IMG/VR virus record: IMGVR_UViG_3300028192_000001
Location: 27,253 to 91,252 of that record
Strand: one strand, 5' to 3'
Length of the DNA: 64,000 bases
Origin: a virus
Positions within the stretch are counted from its first letter, which is position 1. Each line of letters starts with the position of its first letter. Shown here piece after piece: positions 39,726 through 48,691 of this stretch. The notes under the pieces are model-generated. The model was not told where the DNA came from. It worked only from the letters and a program-made list of their open reading frames with translations, and did not search any database. Position numbers and translations under genes: made by a program.

Positions 39726-42173
39726 CTATCTCCGCTTCCAATTATAATACTTGGATTTAATGTTTTCAGTTCTTTTTTGACCTGCTAGATGCCAATCACT
39801 AAAATCGGTTGGTACAACTCTAATATCTCGATAATCTTTTTCTAGTTCGCTTTTTCTTATATTTTCTTTAATACCCCTTGTGTTTGCTTCTGCATCTGTC
39901 TCGTGTGGAGATCTGTGTGGTGCGTCTGCCGGGGCAGTAATAACCACCTGTGAGGCATTTCCGTTTTGATTTTTCAATCTTACCATAGTTAAATCTTGCG
40001 TAAATTTTCCTTGATCCCAAGTGCTGTCAACCTGTACAACTTTATATAATCCTGCAAATAAAATTCCTTCTTCACTGTTAAGGTTATAAAATCCAGATTT
40101 TTCGTTAATGTCTGTAGGAAATTTAAAATCTAAAGTAACTAATGGTTCCGATTGATCAAAATTAAATGCACCTAACTCATCATCCCATTCTAATCCTATC
40201 ATACTACCAACTTTTTCAGAAGCGAATACTCCAACTCCTCCTTCAATATCTTCTGGCTTTTCCCAAGGCAGTGGTATTGCAAAATCATGTCCAACAAATC
40301 CAGGATCACCCATGATTTGCATATCAACCTTCATCATATCTGCTGTAGGATTAGTCAAATAATCATAAAATTGTCGTGTTTCTGCTGAATTATAAAAATC
40401 TGATGTATCTCTGCTATTTGGATCTACAGTAAATCCTTCTCCTGGAGAACTTCGAAAATCCTCAATATTTTTTCCAGTACCATATGTTCTTTTAGCCGTT
40501 TCATACTCTTCAAGTTGTTGTGACCCTTGACCCGTTACCGCGGCAGAAGAATTAAACAATCTTGATTGAAAATAGGCATATTTGTAATGAATGTTTAAAT
40601 CTAATATATCAAGATTCTCTCCAGTAAAAATATAATGATAATTCTTTTTAACAGATTTTTTATAAAGTTCTAAGTTACCACCTGCATTTACTCCTGGTAC
40701 TACAAAATTCAAAAAATGGACCAAATATGGTTGTACATGATATCGAATAGTTTTTTTTTGCATCATAGTAATATGATCCCATCCTGCTTTTGTATCTGTA
40801 GTATAAACAGTTGAAATTATCTTAAACCACGGAACCATATTTTTTTCTCCTGAACCAAATCCTTTATTCCAATATTTTTTAATAAAATTTTCTGCTATAT
40901 CTTTATATGCATCTGTACGCAACATAATATTTTCAATTGCTTTTGCAATAGAATCGCCATCCCGGAGTTCCATTTGGGTATGTTTTTTATCTTCTAATTC
41001 TACCCTCTTTGCTCTTCCTCTTGACAAAGGGTGAGTACTCCTTTTTTTAAATTGCTTTTTGTCTTCTTTTGTATCTTCTGTTGTAAAATCTCCTATATTC
41101 CACAAAGTCATATCCTTATCTTCCGTCGCCATTTTATAACTAGAATCAGCGACAAAATATGGATGTATAGTAATTTGATATTCATCTTTATGATATCGAA
41201 CACCATTTTGTTTTTCTGTTTCTTGAATGTCATCGATACCTTTGACTATCGATTTAAATTGAGAAGTTAGTGTGGTCCCATAAACTTTTAATGGTCCTCT
41301 CAAATAAAGAAATCTATTAACCATTCCAAATTCTGTCCATGGAACTGCTGTCATTGTATATCTAGAACCTCCTTGATTAATATCAACCTGTGAATCAACT
41401 ATTTTTATTGGAAAATATCTTCTTGGTAGCGAAGCAAGAGGTTCTCCTTTTGAATTAAATCCACCATATTCTAACGTTAATAAAAATGGAGCATCTAAAT
41501 GGTCCAAATAACCTCCGTTATATGCCGCGGCTCTAAGTTTCTCATACAAAGAGATACCTAAAGGTTCTGATAATTCAAATTCTATTTTTGTAAAATTCAT
41601 AAGTTTTCTATCTGGGTTTGGCGTTGGAACCGATAACATTACAATTTTTTCAAAATATATGTCATGATTTTTTCTTAAAGTTTTATTTGCTGATTCTCCA
41701 ATTTCTACAGCATTACGTTTCTGTTGTTCCTCTGGAGCATTAACTCCAGGACTCCACGTTTTGTCGACTTCGGGTGCTACTGCAAATCCAGTAGTAGTTC
41801 CTATTCCGCCTGTTCTTGCAATAATATCATGTGGTGGATCAAAACTAGATGGATTTTTAATTTGACTTTCTGTCAATCCTGACAATGTCCACTTACAAGT
41901 ATAACTTGCGTACCTATGTAACGGATTAGGTTTTACATCATTTAACTTTGATTTAGCACCGAGATTAAACTTTATATTATTATAATTTTCTTGTTCTTGA
42001 CTAGTAGTAGTGTTATCGCTATTATCATCTATATGTACATCGGTATTCTCCATGACCTTGTTCATACCATGTCTTGTATTGCCGATGTACTTTTTATCAA
42101 TTGTAGTCTTCATATACTTGCCATGCCCTGGATGATAATTTTCTGATACACGGTTCACAGTTTTTCTACCCAT
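39726..42173 (-). CDS. Baseplate hub protein (gp27-like position)
   Basis: NPLHRYASYT, IFTGEN.DIL, I.GDP, GLYKV..V.S....GKFTQ.L; synteny. Confidence 0.6.
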   Translation of the reverse strand: MGRKTVNRVSENYHPGHGKYMKTTIDKKYIGNTRHGMNKVMENTDVHIDDNSDNTTTSQEQENYNNIKFNLGAKSKLNDVKPNPLHRYASYTCKWTLSGLTESQIKNPSSFDPPHDIIARTGGIGTTTGFAVAPEVDKTWSPGVNAPEEQQKRNAVEIGESANKTLRKNHDIYFEKIVMLSVPTPNPDRKLMNFTKIEFELSEPLGISLYEKLRAAAYNGGYLDHLDAPFLLTLEYGGFNSKGEPLASLPRRYFPIKIVDSQVDINQGGSRYTMTAVPWTEFGMVNRFLYLRGPLKVYGTTLTSQFKSIVKGIDDIQETEKQNGVRYHKDEYQITIHPYFVADSSYKMATEDKDMTLWNIGDFTTEDTKEDKKQFKKRSTHPLSRGRAKRVELEDKKHTQMELRDGDSIAKAIENIMLRTDAYKDIAENFIKKYWNKGFGSGEKNMVPWFKIISTVYTTDTKAGWDHITMMQKKTIRYHVQPYLVHFLNFVVPGVNAGGNLELYKKSVKKNYHYIFTGENLDILDLNIHYKYAYFQSRLFNSSAAVTGQGSQQLEEYETAKRTYGTGKNIEDFRSSPGEGFTVDPNSRDTSDFYNSAETRQFYDYLTNPTADMMKVDMQIMGDPGFVGHDFAIPLPWEKPEDIEGGVGVFASEKVGSMIGLEWDDELGAFNFDQSEPLVTLDFKFPTDINEKSGFYNLNSEEGILFAGLYKVVQVDSTWDQGKFTQDLTMVRLKNQNGNASQVVITAPADAPHRSPHETDAEANTRGIKENIRKSELEKDYRDIRVVPTDFSDWHLAGQKRTENIKSKYYNWKRR

Positions 42174-42174
42174 A

Positions 42175-42474
42175 TTAAACTCCTAAATCAGATTGCAAGT
42201 TACTCATTTTTGGCAATTGTATAGTAACACCCGGCGAAAAATCATATATTGGATCTTCTATTTCGTTTGGATTTCGTTGAGCAAATACCCACCATAATCT
42301 TGGTGTACCATATAAATCAAATGCAAGAAGATCTGGTCTATATGCATAAATTCTATCAATAGTATATGAAATATCATCTCCATGCGCCGTTATAGTTCTT
42401 GGCTGATAAAACCCTAAAAAAGTTTCGTGTTGAAATGTATTAAAATACGGGGATGTATTTGAATATTTTGCCAT
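42175..42474 (-). CDS. gp53: Baseplate wedge LysM-like protein (gp53-like)
   Basis: YRPDLLAFDLYG..RLWWVF..RNP. Confidence 0.8.
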   Translation of the reverse strand: MAKYSNTSPYFNTFQHETFLGFYQPRTITAHGDDISYTIDRIYAYRPDLLAFDLYGTPRLWWVFAQRNPNEIEDPIYDFSPGVTIQLPKMSNLQSDLGV

Positions 42475-43370
42475 TAAATAAATCCTACTCCATCTTTATT
42501 TTGTAATTTTCCAGCAACAAAATCTGCCATATTAAATTTCTTAATTGTTTCTCTTGAGTATACTGGTTGAACTTGAACGGTAAACAAACTTTGTGTTGGT
42601 GCCCATGTTTCGGGTACTGTAGAACCTGCAGAAAAAGTTTGTGCCAACTTAGGGTGTTTTAACATATCTGCACCCATTTGACTTGTAGAAATATAATCTA
42701 TTCCTTCTCTTAATTCACAAGTAAACATAGTAACAATTACAGGAATATTTTTAAACACATGATTTCCATATCCATTTAATTGTAATATTGGAGGTGGATT
42801 TCCTCTATGTGCACCTTCTTCGCCTCCAAAAAACATTTTTGTAACTGCTCTAAAAAAATGTAATGTTGCAACCCAGTACAACGCATCTTGTTGATTTTGT
42901 ACAGGAAATTCTGCAACAATTGTTAAGTTAGCAGGTTCTGAATTTTGATATGCGTAAAAAGGATAATTTGCATGAGTAGTCGCTAACTGACTATAATTTG
43001 CATTATGTTGTATAATAACTGAAGGTGTTAAAGGAAATACTACTCCCCCTTCATCTGCTAACGGTTTTAATATTGTACCACCACCACCGACACTCATTCC
43101 GATATCTTCATGTGCCGCGGCATCTTGGACTTTTTTACCTCCATCTCCAAAAAAGAAGTTATATATGTCTGGTGACTTTGCTAATGTTAATTTTACACGC
43201 CAATCAGTTTGATTAGTTCTTTGTGTCCATTTTGCTATATCGTTTTTTGCCATAGGACCTTCAGCACCTTGTGGTAATCCTGCACCAAACAAACGACCTA
43301 TCGTTTTATTAAAAATGCTACCTCCAGCACCGCTTAAAACTTTTTTCAAACTCTTTGTATCTGGTTTCAT
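42474..43370 (-). CDS. Baseplate tail-tube initiator/cap (gp48/gp54-like)
   Basis: DWRVKL, GVVFP.TP, HANY, TKMFFG...GNPPP...L.GYG. Confidence 0.55.
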   Translation of the reverse strand: MKPDTKSLKKVLSGAGGSIFNKTIGRLFGAGLPQGAEGPMAKNDIAKWTQRTNQTDWRVKLTLAKSPDIYNFFFGDGGKKVQDAAAHEDIGMSVGGGGTILKPLADEGGVVFPLTPSVIIQHNANYSQLATTHANYPFYAYQNSEPANLTIVAEFPVQNQQDALYWVATLHFFRAVTKMFFGGEEGAHRGNPPPILQLNGYGNHVFKNIPVIVTMFTCELREGIDYISTSQMGADMLKHPKLAQTFSAGSTVPETWAPTQSLFTVQVQPVYSRETIKKFNMADFVAGKLQNKDGVGFI

Positions 43371-43379
43371 AATTTCCGG

Positions 43380-43408
43380 TTGTTCTTTTCGTCCTTTTTT
43401 TGTATACT
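43380..43408 (+). promoter_or_regulatory. Sigma70-type promoter TTGTTC-N17-TATACT for the gp55-gp47-gp46 operon
   Basis: Hexamers with 17-nt spacer in the divergent intergenic region. Confidence 0.5.
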
Positions 43409-43415
43409 TTAAACA

Positions 43416-43423
43416 TATTTATA
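43416..43423 (-). promoter_or_regulatory. T4 late promoter TATAAATA for the baseplate operon
   Basis: Exact T4 late consensus on the minus strand, 45 nt upstream of the 43370 ATG. Confidence 0.65.
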
Positions 43424-43505
43424 GGCATTATTTTAGGCGTACTTAATCTTCATACGGCACACTTTAACAGACCTGTTCGTGGTCATTTTTAATTGGAAAA
43501 AAATT

Positions 43506-44558
43506 ATGAGAAGAGTAAAATATTTAAACAACCGCGACCTCTTGATAGAAATTCATAAGAGCAAAAACACTTTTAATTCTTTTATACAAGATGATTGTTC
43601 TACATTTGACATTATAGTACCATCATTGTCTAAAATTAATGTAAGAACAATAGCACTTGCTAAAAAAAATAAAGCAAAAAAACTTACCCAACTGGCTTGG
43701 GAAACAGCAAAAATAGGGGGTCAAAAAAAAATTAAACTAACCGATTTTACTATATCACCTAGAAAAATTGATAAACTCGATCTTGTATTCCGTGTAATGA
43801 TGTTCGACCATGTTCCAAAAGATGCTAAAAGAAAACGAAACCCAAAAACAGTGGCAGATCATCATGTTAAATGTAATTTTCCTCCATTTCAACATTATAA
43901 ACTTGATAAAAAAGGCAAATTAATATGCGTAGGCAAATCACACTGGGTAGGCGGTATGTCTAATGGACATTTTAACTGCCATCATGGACAAATTACTACT
44001 AACCTTGCAAAAATGTATATGAAACTATGCGAAAGATATGGTACAAGAGCAAACTGGAGAGGTTACACATATAACGATGAAATGCAATCACAAGCATTAA
44101 TGCAATTATCACAAATTGGATTACAATTTGATGAATCAAAATCTGAAAATCCGTTTGCATACTACACAGCGGCAATAACAAATTCGTTTACAAGAATATT
44201 AAACATTGAAAAGAAAAATCAAAATATTAGAGATGATTTATTGGAACAAGAACACATGATGCCTTCGTTTACTCGACAAACTCAAAATCAAACAAGTTCT
44301 CCTACTTATAAAAAATATATTGCAGATATGCATGGGCCTGTAACAGTAGCAACAAAAAGTTCAATTAAAGAACTTAATCGAAAATTAAAAAAAGAATTAA
44401 AAAATAAAAAAAATAATAAAAATGATGATGAAACAATGATTAATCACGACGATCATGCACTTTTAAAATATAGAAAACTAAAAGAAGGTGAAAGAAAGCC
44501 TTTAGTAAAAAGGGACTTTTCAGTAAAAAGGGTATTTGGAAAAGTAAAAAAATATTAA
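43506..44558 (+). CDS. gp55: Late-transcription sigma factor (gp55-like)
   Basis: YLNNRDLL.EI, NWRGYTY.DEM, FDESKSENPFAYYT....NSF.R.LN.EK; ATG at 43506 preferred over GTG at 43479. Confidence 0.85.
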   Translation: MRRVKYLNNRDLLIEIHKSKNTFNSFIQDDCSTFDIIVPSLSKINVRTIALAKKNKAKKLTQLAWETAKIGGQKKIKLTDFTISPRKIDKLDLVFRVMMFDHVPKDAKRKRNPKTVADHHVKCNFPPFQHYKLDKKGKLICVGKSHWVGGMSNGHFNCHHGQITTNLAKMYMKLCERYGTRANWRGYTYNDEMQSQALMQLSQIGLQFDESKSENPFAYYTAAITNSFTRILNIEKKNQNIRDDLLEQEHMMPSFTRQTQNQTSSPTYKKYIADMHGPVTVATKSSIKELNRKLKKELKNKKNNKNDDETMINHDDHALLKYRKLKEGERKPLVKRDFSVKRVFGKVKKY

Positions 44559-45581
44559 ATGTCATTTTTTAAAAAAGTTGCTTGTTTTACTGATATTCAT
44601 TTTGGATTAAAAGGTAATTCACGTGTACACAATGATGATTGTGAAACATTTATTCATTGGTTTATTGAACAAGCCAAAGCACACAATTGTGAAACTTGTA
44701 TATTTTTAGGTGACTGGCATCATCATAGGTCTGCAACTAACGTTTCTACAATGAACTATACAGTTTCTAATATGGAACGTTTAGGACAAGCATTTGAAAA
44801 TGTTTATGTCATCATGGGGAATCACGATTTATTCTACAGAGATAAGAGAGAAATTAATTCAATGGAATATATTAGAAATATTTCTAACATTCATATTGTT
44901 AATGAGTGGATAGTCAAAGATGATGTTGCAATTATTCCATGGATTATTGGAAATGAATGGACCATTGTTGAAAAAATGACACAAAAATATGTGTTTGGAC
45001 ATTTTGAACTACCATTTTTTAAAATGAATGCAATGGTAGATATGCCTGATGTTGGTGGAATTAAGGCTGAACATTTTGCAGGTTGTGGAGAGGTATTCAC
45101 AGGACACTTCCATAAAAGACAAACAAACAAAAATGTAACTTATATGGGTAATGCGTTTCCACACAATTACGCAGATGCATGGGATGACGAACGTGGCATG
45201 ATGATAATAGATTATGGTAATAAACCAAAATATATTAATTGGCCAGATATGCCAAGATATAGAACAATTAAAATATCTGAATTATTAGCAGATCCAGACA
45301 AAGTATTAAAACCAAAAATGTATGTAAGAGTTACATTGGATATTAAAATAAATTATGACGAGGCAAACTTTATACGAGAAACGTTTATAGACAAATACAA
45401 ATTAAGAGAACTACAATTAATACCAGAACAAATTGATCAAGCACAACAACCGTTGGTGCAAATACAAAAATTTGATTCCGTTGATCAAATTGTATTACAA
45501 CAATTAGATGGTGTTGATTCTGAAACATACGATAAAAAAATATTAATGGCAATTTATAATAGTTTAGATGTTAATAATTAA
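44559..45581 (+). CDS. gp47: Recombination endonuclease subunit (gp47, Mre11/SbcD-like)
   Basis: DIHFG, FLGDWHH, GNHD, FGHFE, GHFH metallophosphoesterase motifs. Confidence 0.93.
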   Translation: MSFFKKVACFTDIHFGLKGNSRVHNDDCETFIHWFIEQAKAHNCETCIFLGDWHHHRSATNVSTMNYTVSNMERLGQAFENVYVIMGNHDLFYRDKREINSMEYIRNISNIHIVNEWIVKDDVAIIPWIIGNEWTIVEKMTQKYVFGHFELPFFKMNAMVDMPDVGGIKAEHFAGCGEVFTGHFHKRQTNKNVTYMGNAFPHNYADAWDDERGMMIIDYGNKPKYINWPDMPRYRTIKISELLADPDKVLKPKMYVRVTLDIKINYDEANFIRETFIDKYKLRELQLIPEQIDQAQQPLVQIQKFDSVDQIVLQQLDGVDSETYDKKILMAIYNSLDVNN

Positions 45582-47343
45582 AGATCTTACAGTAAAAAAC
45601 TTTATGAGCGTGGGTAACTCTACCCAAGCAATAAGATTTGATAACAAACACCTAATTTTAGTTCTTGGTGAGAACATGGATTTAGGTGGTGACGATGCTG
45701 GTGCAAGAAATGGTACTGGTAAAACAACTATTATTAACGCACTATCTTATGTATTCTTTGGCGAAGCACTTACTAATATTAGAAGAGACAATCTTGTAAA
45801 CAAAACCAATGCAAAAGATATGTTAGTTTCAATAAACTTTGTAAAAAATAATGTAACCTATACAATTAAACGTGGAAGAAAACCTCAAAAATTAAGATTT
45901 TATGCAAATGATATTGAACAAAATATAGATTCAAATGAGGCACAAGGGGAAAATAAAGAAACACAAAAAGAAATAAACAGATTACTTGGTATGACCCATG
46001 CTATGTTTAAAAACATAATTGCGTTAAACACATATACACAACCATTTCTTGCAACTAAACAAGCAGAACAAAGAGAAATTATAGAACAGTTATTAGGTAT
46101 AACACTATTAAGTCAAAAAGCAGACTTACTCAAAGAACAACAAAAAGCAAATAAAACAGAAATAACTGAAGAAAAAATAAAACTAGATTCACAAGTAGCA
46201 TCAAATGAAAGAATACAAGAATCAATTGAATCATTAAAATTAAGAAGTAGTGCATGGCAAACACAAAAAAATGAAGATATACAAAAGTTTAACGAAGCAA
46301 TAGCAGAACTTGAAAAAGTAGATATTACAAAAGAACTAAATGCACATAAAAAACTTGCAAAACATAATGATGATGTAAAAACATTACGAAGTTTAGAAAA
46401 GGAAAAAGCGTATCATGAAGATTCTTTAACTAAAGCAGAAACGCAAGTTGAAAAAACCGAAAAAGATTTAGTATTTGCCAAAGATGCTAAATGTCCTACG
46501 TGTGAACAAGAACTGCATGACGACAAACATAAACATTTAGTAACTAAATTAAATTCAACGTTAACTGAATCAAATGAATATGCACTAAAATTGAAAATTG
46601 ATCTTGTAAATGTGGAAAAAAGTGTTACTGCAATAGGAGATTTAGGTATTATACCTGACACATATTACGATACAATCGATGAAGCATACAATCACAAAGG
46701 ATCACTTGCAGATTTAAAAAGACAATTAAAACAAACAGAAACTAAACACGATCCTTACGAAGAACAAATTGTTGAATTAAACAAAAGTGCTATTCAAACA
46801 ATTAGTTACGTAAAAATAAACGAAATGGAAGATTTACATAGACATCAAGACTTTTTATATAAACTTTTAACTGCAAAAGATTCTTTTATTAGAACAAGAA
46901 TTATTGAACAAAACTTAACATACTTAAATCAACGATTAGCATTTTATCTAGGACAAGTAAGACTACCACATACAGTTACTTTCCAAAGTGACTTAACTGT
47001 GCAAATTGAAGAACTTGGTAGAGATTTAGACTTTGACAATTTAAGTAGAGGCGAAAGAAACAGATTAATCTTAAGTTTAAGTTGGGCATTTAGAGATGTA
47101 TGGGAAAGTCTTTATCAACAGATCAACTTATTGTTTATTGATGAATTAGTAGATGCTGGTATGGATCTATCAGGCGTTGAATCTGCTATGGCAGTACTAA
47201 AAGACATGAGTAGAACGCAACAAAAGAATATTTTCCTAATTTCTCACAAGGATGAACTGATTTCTAGGGTGGATTCAGTACTGAAGGTTGTAAAAGAGAA
47301 TGGTTTTACCAATTATGCTAATGATGTTGAATTAGTTGTGTAA
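45568..47343 (+). CDS. gp46: Recombination ATPase subunit (gp46, Rad50/SbcC-like)
   Basis: Walker A NGTGKTT, zinc hook CPTC, LSRGE signature, Walker B LFIDE, ISH. Confidence 0.95.
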   Translation: MLIIKDLTVKNFMSVGNSTQAIRFDNKHLILVLGENMDLGGDDAGARNGTGKTTIINALSYVFFGEALTNIRRDNLVNKTNAKDMLVSINFVKNNVTYTIKRGRKPQKLRFYANDIEQNIDSNEAQGENKETQKEINRLLGMTHAMFKNIIALNTYTQPFLATKQAEQREIIEQLLGITLLSQKADLLKEQQKANKTEITEEKIKLDSQVASNERIQESIESLKLRSSAWQTQKNEDIQKFNEAIAELEKVDITKELNAHKKLAKHNDDVKTLRSLEKEKAYHEDSLTKAETQVEKTEKDLVFAKDAKCPTCEQELHDDKHKHLVTKLNSTLTESNEYALKLKIDLVNVEKSVTAIGDLGIIPDTYYDTIDEAYNHKGSLADLKRQLKQTETKHDPYEEQIVELNKSAIQTISYVKINEMEDLHRHQDFLYKLLTAKDSFIRTRIIEQNLTYLNQRLAFYLGQVRLPHTVTFQSDLTVQIEELGRDLDFDNLSRGERNRLILSLSWAFRDVWESLYQQINLLFIDELVDAGMDLSGVESAMAVLKDMSRTQQKNIFLISHKDELISRVDSVLKVVKENGFTNYANDVELVV

Positions 47344-47351
47344 TTTTTTAC

Positions 47352-47382
47352 TTGACAAAGCCACATCATACGTGCTTAAATT
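47352..47382 (+). promoter_or_regulatory. Probable sigma70-type promoter (consensus TTGACA -35; weak -10)
   Basis: TTGACA at 47352 followed by an AT-rich -10 region, upstream of the basic peptide/H1-like operon. Confidence 0.45.
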
Positions 47383-47424
47383 AAAGATATATTAACTAAT
47401 AATATAATACGAAGGAAATACACT

Positions 47425-47508
47425 ATGCCAAGAAAAAAGAAAAAAGTAAAAGCGAAGGCAAAGACAAAGAAAAAAGGCAAAAAAAAAGGTAAAACAAAAA
47501 GAAGATAA
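47425..47508 (+). CDS. 27-aa Lys/Arg-rich protamine-like peptide (missing from ORF track)
   Basis: MPRKKKKVKAKAKTKKKGKKKGKTKRR*; SD GAAGGA upstream; stop runs into the next gene's SD AGGAGG. Confidence 0.7.
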   Translation: MPRKKKKVKAKAKTKKKGKKKGKTKRR

Positions 47509-47520
47509 GGAGGACAAACT

Positions 47521-47727
47521 ATGTCACAAACTCATGAGTCTATAATGACCGAGATCCAAAATTACTCTGAAGAGAACCAAAAGTTCACAGAGAAGGGCGT
47601 TAAGGCTTCTGCCACTAGAGCAAGAAAGGCTTTGGCTTCATTGTCAAAGTTAATTAAGGCTAGAAGAAAAGAAATTCAAGAGCAGAAAAATGCGGCTAAA
47701 ACAGCAACAACAACTGTCGCGGCGTAA
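47521..47727 (+). CDS. Histone H1-like (Hc1-type) small basic DNA-binding protein
   Basis: KFTEKGVKASATRARKAL..L.K..K.RRKEIQ; SD AGGAGG. Confidence 0.7.
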   Translation: MSQTHESIMTEIQNYSEENQKFTEKGVKASATRARKALASLSKLIKARRKEIQEQKNAAKTATTTVAA

Positions 47728-47758
47728 TTTAAACCAATTAAGATCTCATCTAAACAAC

Positions 47759-47787
47759 TAAAGCCTGTACAACAAGTGCAGGCTTTA
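47759..47787. terminator. Hairpin between convergent genes (probable bidirectional terminator)
   Basis: TAAAGCCTGTAC-aacaa-GTGCAGGCTTTA. Confidence 0.7.
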
Positions 47788-48213
47788 CTATTTTAATATA
47801 CCTTTTGTAGATTTTTCCCGAAGTATTCCAGAACCGTGTATTCTCACACGAATATGACCATTATAATAATCATCTGATTCTAAAACTTTACGTGCAAATT
47901 GTTCTCTGGCCTCTATATATGAAAGTTCTGCTTTTGATTTGCAATAAAAAAGTATTTCTCTTTTAAAATTATCTTTACCAAGTTTTTCCACGTCAGCAAG
48001 TAATTGATCACTGCTACCATAATAATATTCCCAATCGCTCGATACAGTATACCTACGTTTATTTCTTCTACCTTTTAATGGTCTACGTGATCTTTTAAAT
48101 CTTGCTAATTTTTTACCTATGTACATCCTACCATTAGTTGTGTTTGTTATTTGATATACAAACCCTACACATTCTGGTAGTTCATTTACTTCTTTATTCT
48201 CATATAACCACAT
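47788..48213 (-). CDS. Stand-alone GIY-YIG endonuclease
   Basis: GFVY.ITN..NGRMYIGKK, YYGSS, FKREIL, E, YYN; TAAATA 7 nt before ATG. Confidence 0.85.
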   Translation of the reverse strand: MWLYENKEVNELPECVGFVYQITNTTNGRMYIGKKLARFKRSRRPLKGRRNKRRYTVSSDWEYYYGSSDQLLADVEKLGKDNFKREILFYCKSKAELSYIEAREQFARKVLESDDYYNGHIRVRIHGSGILREKSTKGILK

Positions 48214-48238
48214 ATTGCGATATTTAAACTCAATTTGA

Positions 48239-48267
48239 TTGACTGTTTATTTTTTGTATGTTATATA
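48239..48267 (+). promoter_or_regulatory. Sigma70-type promoter TTGACT-N17-(TGn)TATATA for the ncRNA candidate
   Basis: Hexamers at 48239-44 and 48262-67 with TG at 48259-60. Confidence 0.5.
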
Positions 48268-48271
48268 TAAG

Positions 48272-48690
48272 TGAAGGGCAACAGCATCCTTCCACCAGGC
48301 AAACATCACCAGGCAAAACATAACATCTTTGATAACCAGTGAATTACTCTGTAACAACAGCGGCGAATCACTTGATGTACATACAAAAAATGATAGGGCT
48401 CTGAGAAAAAGCAACCCTAGGTAGGTATAAAACCAGCATATAGGGATTATATCTACTCGCGTTGGATGAATTAGCGAATGGGTACAGCACAACCGCCCAA
48501 CCAATTGGTAGCAATATATGATGACTGTGAACTCGCCACAAGAGTTTAAGTTAGTTCGGCTGGAAACAGCCGAATTATGACTGCTCATCTGCCACAAGAT
48601 ACACATTGTACATCAGATTAAAAATGCGTTTGCGTAAATTTTAAAAATAAACTGAGCGTAAGCGAAAGTTTAGATGGCTTTAGCCATCTT
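48272..48690 (+). ncRNA. Large structured non-coding RNA candidate (family not recognised)
   Basis: GC-enriched, no credible ORF; many helices, GAAA tetraloop, 9-bp long-range closing helix, duplicated motif, promoter upstream, hairpin at 3' end. Confidence 0.65.
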
Positions 48691-48691
48691 T
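48672..48691. terminator. Hairpin at the junction of the ncRNA candidate and the convergent CDS
   Basis: AGATGGC-ttta-GCCATCT followed by TT. Confidence 0.55.

Noticed and set aside
47788-48213. Mobile homing endonuclease or intron
   Set aside because: Not inside an interrupted gene and lacks a C-terminal DNA-binding domain
48272-48330. tmRNA or tRNA reading of TCCACCA at 48291-97
   Set aside because: No T-arm (GGTTCRA), no GGGG acceptor 5' strand, no tag frame ending in Ala-Ala; RNase P and group I/II intron hallmarks also not found
48250-48390. 12-bp inverted repeat TTTTTTGTATGT / ACATACAAAAAA
   Set aside because: Left arm lies inside the predicted promoter spacer and is low complexity, so it is not counted as an RNA helix; could matter if the TSS is further upstream
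48293-48600. Mini-CRISPR array
   Set aside because: Repeats are only two copies of 11-23 nt without regular unique spacers; no cas genes
48247-48606. 119-aa minus-strand ORF over the structured region
   Set aside because: GTG start without SD, atypical Cys/Leu-rich composition; better explained as the shadow of a GC-richer RNA element
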